Source: Candidatus Iainarchaeum sp.
GTDB lineage: Archaea; Iainarchaeota; Iainarchaeia; Iainarchaeales; 0-14-0-20-30-16
Direction: 5' to 3'
Length of the DNA stretch: 6,132 nt
NCBI GenBank assembly: GCA_903916665.1
Contig: CAIWXP010000087.1
Coordinates: 1 to 6,132, forward strand
In this document: positions 1 through 4,262 of the stretch, piece after piece
How positions within the stretch are numbered: position 1 is the first letter of the stretch
Layout: every line of letters starts with the position of its first letter
Notes under the pieces: generated by a model
The model's database searches: none
The model's input: only the letters and a program-made list of their open reading frames with translations
Told to the model about the DNA's origin: nothing
Translations under genes and position numbers: made by a program

Positions 1-1
1 A

Positions 2-1261
2 AATAGTAATTATACTGATGTAAATTTTTATGATTCTCATATTATAGGTACCAATGGTAGTTACGGTTTAATGATAGATTATGTAAATGTATTAAGTGTA
101 TATAATTTAGATATTAATCAATATGATAATAATAATGGTTCAGTTATTAGTAACAAACCAGATTTAAATAAATTGAATATTTATAATTCAACTATAAATT
201 TAAATAGTGCAATATTTTTGAATCAAAGTGGTAATGATCCTAGTTTTTTAACCATTGATTTAAATAATGTTGATGCAAATTCTTTGATATTTAAGAATTT
301 AGATGTTAATAATTCTGAAAGACCTGATTTTATAGGTACTGCATATTTAACAGTTCATGGAAATTCAGATGTGAATTATATTGCATTTTATGATGTTAAT
401 TCATTTGAAAGTGAAACACCATTAATACAATTCTATGATTTAAATGATAGTTTTGTTAATATAGATCTAAATAATCAAAATATAGAAATAGATAATTTAT
501 ATTTTATGTTTGGAGATGTAAATTTAGATACAAATGTTGTTAGGCCTGCAAATATAAATACAGTAAATTTGAATAATGTAATATCAAACAATGGTCCACC
601 ATTAACGGTTGTTTGGGGTAGTAATATTAATAATATGAATATATTAGATTCAAACATTAATGGATCAATTAGTTATTTGATAGATAATAATGCATTAAAT
701 ATTGATTTTAATTTATTTGATACAAATATTTATGGTGGTCATGATTCTGCATTTGGAGTTATAGGTTGGCTTAAAAATAATGATGTAAATAGCATAAGAA
801 TTAATTCAGGTTTTTATGATTTAAATGCCTATAATGGGTATAATTATAATACTAATTCATTTTTAACTTTACAAAGTTCAAGAGTACATTATTTTGAATT
901 AACTAATGCCTCTTTAATAACAAATCAATTGGTTGATATAAATTTAGAGGCTGATAATTATAGTTCAGTATTAGGTGGTAAAGTTTACAATAATGTATTT
1001 ATTAATTATGATAATAATGATATATTAATTCCAGTTCCGTCAAATAGATTTAATGTTGATTTTAATTCTAGATTAGAAAATAACGCATTAAAAAGATCTT
1101 ATTTAACAAAAGATAGCTCAACATATATTGGTGGAAATGCTTGGACAGATAGTGATGGAAATGATTATTGTAATATTGATAATGCAGCACCCTATGGTAT
1201 ATGTGATAATACCTTTGTTATAAAAGGATTGGATAAAAATTACATAGATCATTATCCTTTG
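2..1261 (+). other. Gene 1 beta-helix region (nt 2-982) plus terminal rung/cap (nt 983-1261)
   Basis: Short hydrophobic/Asn-alternating rungs (e.g. IDLNNVDANSLIFKNLDVNN, NIDLNNQNIEIDNLYF). The region ends in VYNNVF(x43)GGNAW(x9)C(x10)C-D(x14)HYPL. This matches the usual end of archaeal NosD-like beta-helix proteins (IYNNYF ... GGNYW ... DGIGD.PY ... D..PL). Confidence 0.65.
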
Positions 1262-4135
1262 TTACAATATTTTGCATCTAATAAAATTGACCTACAATTA
1301 TTAAGTGCTGGTTTCGATTCTGATTTAGTATATGGTGATTGTAATGGTTATACTGATGAAGGTTTAGTTAATATGAGGATGTTATATACTAATCACGGAC
1401 CAGGAAATGCAGTTGATTTTAATTTTATAACTTTCTTTGGAAATATATATGCGCCCGGATCATTTGGGGGCGGTAATACTGTAATGCATTATATTGGTGC
1501 AGATGAAAATCAAACATACATTAGCCCTACGTGTGCAGATACTGAATTTCCAACATTTGATTTTAATATTAATTTAATGTTATTGCCAAATAATGACTAT
1601 GATACAAATATGTTGAACAATAGACTAACAGAAACAGTGCATATTTATCGTAGAGATGTGAATGTTTATGATATTAAAGTAAATAATTCTGTATTATATC
1701 CAGGAGATAATTTAGATTTTAATGTTTATGTAACAAATTCGGGAGATTATAATACTTCTGATTTGAATGTAATGTATTATATTTCTGGTTTGAATAGAGA
1801 CTTTGACGAAAACTATCCTGTGGGTTACAGAGTAATTAATAATGTAGAACCTGGAAATTATGCTGTTGTTCCATTTAGTATTAATGTTCCTAGTGAAGCA
1901 AGAAGTGATTATTTAAGAATTAAAGCAAAAGTTATTTCTACAAAAACTGATTATAATGCTTTGGACAATGAATTTATTTCATCAGATCCTATAAGGGTAG
2001 TTGGTACATCAACAGATTTAATGATTAATGATGTAAATGTTTCAAGTACTTTACCTGGATCAAGAACAGTTAATTGTAATATAATGAATATAGGATTAGA
2101 ACCTGCTTATAGTGATTATAATGTAATACTATTTGCAAATAGTCAATATATAGATTCAAGATTATATCACAATTCTGGCGCATTAAATTACATGTCAAAT
2201 AAAATAGTATCATTTACAACAAACTTTAGTGCTGGAGATTATAATTTAGAATGTGATGTAAATTATTATGGAGACCAAGAAAATACTGACAATGATTCTT
2301 TACAAAAAACATTTCCATTTGCAAGCGTTACTGATTTAGAAATTGTAGATATAAATGTAATTCCTAATCCCTATGTTGTTGGAGATAGTAATATTAGAAT
2401 TAGAACAGAAGTAAGAAATAATGGCTCAGTTAGCATTGCAGATTACAACATAAATACCTATGTAAAGCTATTTGGTATATGGATGCCAATGGAAACAAAA
2501 GAATATCATACTTTGAACGCTCACGCTACAAAATATATTGATGAGAATCTTCAAGATGATGGTATGAGTTTAGTGATGCCAGAAATAAGATATGAAATTG
2601 TATTTGATAGTAATAACTATAGGGATTCAAATTTATTGAATAATATAAAAGATTTTGATTTCAATATTAAATATAGAGATACAGAAATATTGGGTTGGAA
2701 TATGAGTTCAACAGATTTTAATATTGGAACAGCTATTGATTTGAATTTTGTAGTTACAAATAATGGTAATTATCCAAGCTATGATTTGAATCTATGTTTT
2801 AATGATCCAAAGCAACATGATGCTTTTTGTCCTGGACATGATATTAATATAGCTGCAAATGAAACAAAAACAGTTACTGTTAGAGTACCCATTGGGGGTG
2901 GGGATGATAGCTATCCGAATCAACCAAATTTGAGTATATATTTGGTGCCTGATGATAATTATCCAGAAATAAATTATGAAAACAATTTTAAGCAATTTTT
3001 AAAAATTGCTACAATACATGGTCCTGCATTAAATGTTGCAGATATTTCTTTAGATGATACAAAAACAGGTAGTAGAAGAGTAGATTGTAATATATTTAAT
3101 AATGGGGATATTGCAATCAATAGGTCATACACAGTTTCTTTGTACTATGCTGATGGTGATGCATTAATAAATAAAGTAACTCAATCTAATACAATTGCAC
3201 CATATCAATCATTATTAGTAGGTGTAAATTGGACTGCAACAAATATTGGTGCTGTTGATTTGAAATGTGTTGTAGATGTAAACTATGATTTTACTCGTTT
3301 TATGGCTGGTTTTTATGATGATGTTAGCCATGATTTAACAAAGACTTTTACATTAACTGCTGTAGGAAATAATCCCGGTGGTTCTGGGGGAGGAGGCGGA
3401 GGTGGCGGCTCTGGTTCTGGATCTGGAAATAGTAGTCTGCAAACAAAATCAATTGTTATAAATCACGAAACTAAAAGTGCATTGATATTGTTTGATAACC
3501 CAGATCATTTTGGTGTTGATAATGTTGTAATCAAATACAAGGATATTAATGATCAGAATTTATCATTAAGTTTAGATAATTCTGTAAATATTTCTCCTAG
3601 TATGAAGATTGTTGGTCAAGATGATTTGAAGTATTTAGAATTTACTTATACAGGAAATCAAAATAATTTAGACTCTGTACAGATTAGATTTTCGGTACCT
3701 AAAGAAAAAGTAAATGATAAATCTACAATTAAATTGGCGAGATATTTTAACAATGAATGGGTTTATTATACGCCTAGTAATGTTGAAGATAAAGGATCCT
3801 ATTATTTATTTACAGTAATTGTTCCTGGTTTTTCATACTATGCAATTGTGGGTTATGTTAAAAAAGATCAAATCAATGATCAAAATGTAACAAATGTAAC
3901 TCCCAATAATAATGGCAATTCAGATAATGGTTCAAATGGTAATGTTATAAAAGATAACAATAGTCAAACAGTATATGATAGCAACGGAGTGGTAGTAAAT
4001 AAAGAACAAACTAGCTCTTCTGGCTTGATATATTGGATTGTTGGGTTGGTTCTTTTAATAATAGCTATTCTTTGGGCTGTATTGCATTATTTGAATAAAC
4101 CTAAAGCAATGTATAGTTATAAGCCAATAGAATAA
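2..4135 (+). CDS. Large modular adhesin-like cell-surface protein, 5' partial: parallel beta-helix (NosD/PbH1-like) + 6 CARDB-like domains + Gly/Ser hinge + PGF-pre-PGF domain + C-terminal TM anchor
   Basis: The frame is open from nt 2 (NSNYTDVNFYDSHIIGTNGSYGL precedes M71) to TAA 4133-4135, giving more than 1354 codons. Recognisable motifs: VYNNVF...YIGGNAW...YGICD...IDHYPL, repeated DL/DV-x-V...V-x-N-x-G...NN units, ...IKLARYFNNEWVYY...VPGFSYYAIVG, and a terminal hydrophobic helix plus KPK tail. Family assignments come from motif memory, not from a search. Confidence 0.85.
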   Translation, partial: NSNYTDVNFYDSHIIGTNGSYGLMIDYVNVLSVYNLDINQYDNNNGSVISNKPDLNKLNIYNSTINLNSAIFLNQSGNDPSFLTIDLNNVDANSLIFKNLDVNNSERPDFIGTAYLTVHGNSDVNYIAFYDVNSFESETPLIQFYDLNDSFVNIDLNNQNIEIDNLYFMFGDVNLDTNVVRPANINTVNLNNVISNNGPPLTVVWGSNINNMNILDSNINGSISYLIDNNALNIDFNLFDTNIYGGHDSAFGVIGWLKNNDVNSIRINSGFYDLNAYNGYNYNTNSFLTLQSSRVHYFELTNASLITNQLVDINLEADNYSSVLGGKVYNNVFINYDNNDILIPVPSNRFNVDFNSRLENNALKRSYLTKDSSTYIGGNAWTDSDGNDYCNIDNAAPYGICDNTFVIKGLDKNYIDHYPLLQYFASNKIDLQLLSAGFDSDLVYGDCNGYTDEGLVNMRMLYTNHGPGNAVDFNFITFFGNIYAPGSFGGGNTVMHYIGADENQTYISPTCADTEFPTFDFNINLMLLPNNDYDTNMLNNRLTETVHIYRRDVNVYDIKVNNSVLYPGDNLDFNVYVTNSGDYNTSDLNVMYYISGLNRDFDENYPVGYRVINNVEPGNYAVVPFSINVPSEARSDYLRIKAKVISTKTDYNALDNEFISSDPIRVVGTSTDLMINDVNVSSTLPGSRTVNCNIMNIGLEPAYSDYNVILFANSQYIDSRLYHNSGALNYMSNKIVSFTTNFSAGDYNLECDVNYYGDQENTDNDSLQKTFPFASVTDLEIVDINVIPNPYVVGDSNIRIRTEVRNNGSVSIADYNINTYVKLFGIWMPMETKEYHTLNAHATKYIDENLQDDGMSLVMPEIRYEIVFDSNNYRDSNLLNNIKDFDFNIKYRDTEILGWNMSSTDFNIGTAIDLNFVVTNNGNYPSYDLNLCFNDPKQHDAFCPGHDINIAANETKTVTVRVPIGGGDDSYPNQPNLSIYLVPDDNYPEINYENNFKQFLKIATIHGPALNVADISLDDTKTGSRRVDCNIFNNGDIAINRSYTVSLYYADGDALINKVTQSNTIAPYQSLLVGVNWTATNIGAVDLKCVVDVNYDFTRFMAGFYDDVSHDLTKTFTLTAVGNNPGGSGGGGGGGGSGSGSGNSSLQTKSIVINHETKSALILFDNPDHFGVDNVVIKYKDINDQNLSLSLDNSVNISPSMKIVGQDDLKYLEFTYTGNQNNLDSVQIRFSVPKEKVNDKSTIKLARYFNNEWVYYTPSNVEDKGSYYLFTVIVPGFSYYAIVGYVKKDQINDQNVTNVTPNNNGNSDNGSNGNVIKDNNSQTVYDSNGVVVNKEQTSSSGLIYWIVGLVLLIIAILWAVLHYLNKPKAMYSYKPIE
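1286..3361 (+). repeat. Six tandem CARDB-like (Ig-like beta-sandwich) domains, about 105-120 aa each (protein-level repeat)
   Basis: Approximate units: 1286-1648, 1655-2005, 2012-2320, 2330-2674, 2678-3010, 3026-3361. Each starts D-L/V-x-h-x-D/x-h-x-V (DVNVYDIKV, TDLMINDVNV, TDLEIVDINV). Each has a G-x(4-7)-h-x-V-x-N-x-G strand (PGDNLDFNVYVTNSG, VGDSNIRIRTEVRNNG, IGTAIDLNFVVTNNG). Most end with a D-x-N...E/N-x-NN tail (VPDDNYPEINYENNF, FDSNNYRDSNLLNN). Units 1 and 6 are the most divergent. Confidence 0.7.
3377..3427 (+). repeat. Gly/Ser low-complexity hinge (GGSGGGGGGGGSGSGSG), a GGN quasi-trinucleotide run
   Basis: Read directly: ggtggttctgggggaggaggcggaggtggcggctctggttctggatctgga. It is the only G+C-rich patch in the window. 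Confidence 0.9.
3434..3856 (+). other. PGF-pre-PGF-type domain of gene 1
   Basis: The tail SVQIRFSVPKEKVNDKSTIKLARYFNNEWVYYTPSNVEDKGSYYLFTVIVPGFSYYAIVGY matches the remembered signature of the archaeal PGF-pre-PGF domain (h-x-F-x-V...L-x-R-Y...W-x-x-L/Y-x-T...Y-Y-x-h...PGFS-x-h-A-I-x-G). The N-terminal boundary is approximate. Confidence 0.6.
4022..4090 (+). other. C-terminal transmembrane anchor of gene 1, followed by a basic cytoplasmic tail (4091-4132)
   Basis: GLIYWIVGLVLLIIAILWAVLHY is 23 mostly hydrophobic residues. It is followed by LNKPKAMYSYKPIE and the stop codon. Confidence 0.8.
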
Positions 4136-4145
4136 AATTTATAGT

Positions 4146-4169
4146 GGGTATAATAAACTATTTATACCC
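4146..4169 (+). terminator. Intergenic hairpin: 8-bp stem GGGTATAA/TTATACCC with 8-nt loop. Possible 3'-end or stability element for gene 1
   Basis: Perfect inverted repeat 4146-4153 / 4162-4169, starting 11 nt after the stop codon. No run of 5 or more T follows (CTATTTATTAT), so terminator function is uncertain. Confidence 0.25.
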
Positions 4170-4187
4170 CTATTTATTATATATACT
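4147..4187 (+). promoter_or_regulatory. Candidate archaeal TATA/BRE-like promoter region for gene 2, possibly giving a leaderless or very short-leader mRNA
   Basis: TTTATA at 4161-4166 lies 22-27 nt upstream of ATG 4188, with TATAATAAA at 4149-4157 as an alternative. There is no GGAGG/GGTG Shine-Dalgarno within 15 nt of the ATG. AT-rich background makes such matches weak. Confidence 0.25.
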
Positions 4188-4262
4188 ATGAATAATAATA
4201 GACTGGTCTTTTCACTTCTGTTTATTTTGGTATTTTTTAGTCTATTTTTATTCGTGTTATCA
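4188..4262 (+). other. Signal peptide (or signal anchor) of gene 2
   Basis: n-region MNNNR, h-region LVFSLLFILVFFSLFLFVL, then a small/polar S-E-D. The cleavage site is not determinable by eye. Confidence 0.7.

Noticed and set aside
71-73. ATG 71 as the true start codon of gene 1
   Set aside because: The frame is open upstream to the window edge with similar sequence character. No signal peptide follows M71 even though the protein is clearly extracytoplasmic. No SD or promoter-like break is visible in 1-70.
475-657. 60-aa ORF on the minus strand from the supplied track
   Set aside because: It lies wholly antisense inside gene 1. The peptide is low-complexity and Phe/Ile/Leu-rich, as expected from reading AT-rich Asn/Asp codons backwards. 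It has no start context or recognisable motif.
2792-2995. 67-aa ORF on the minus strand from the supplied track
   Set aside because: It is antisense to the fifth CARDB unit of gene 1. Its isoleucine-rich composition is a mirror artefact of AT-rich coding sequence, with no independent support.
3377-3427. G-quadruplex or regulatory G-rich element in the Gly/Ser tract
   Set aside because: Apart from one G5 run, the G runs are only 2 nt long and the tract is fully explained as in-frame Gly codons. There is no evidence for a separate function.
3824-3832. P-G-F tripeptide as a PGF-CTERM archaeosortase sorting motif
   Set aside because: It lies about 65 residues upstream of the only C-terminal TM helix. 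It sits inside the PGFSxxAI tail typical of the PGF-pre-PGF domain, so it is not positioned as a sorting signal.
3857-4132. Diversity-generating retroelement target (AAY-rich variable region near the C-terminus)
   Set aside because: No template-repeat copy, reverse transcriptase or near-identical A-mismatched repeat is present in the window. Asn richness is global rather than confined to a C-terminal variable region, and no C-type-lectin-like fold signature is evident.
4149-4154. TATAAT as a bacterial -10 promoter hexamer
   Set aside because: Such hexamers occur by chance throughout sequence this AT-rich. No spaced TTGACA-like -35 is present, and the domain content points to an archaeal host.
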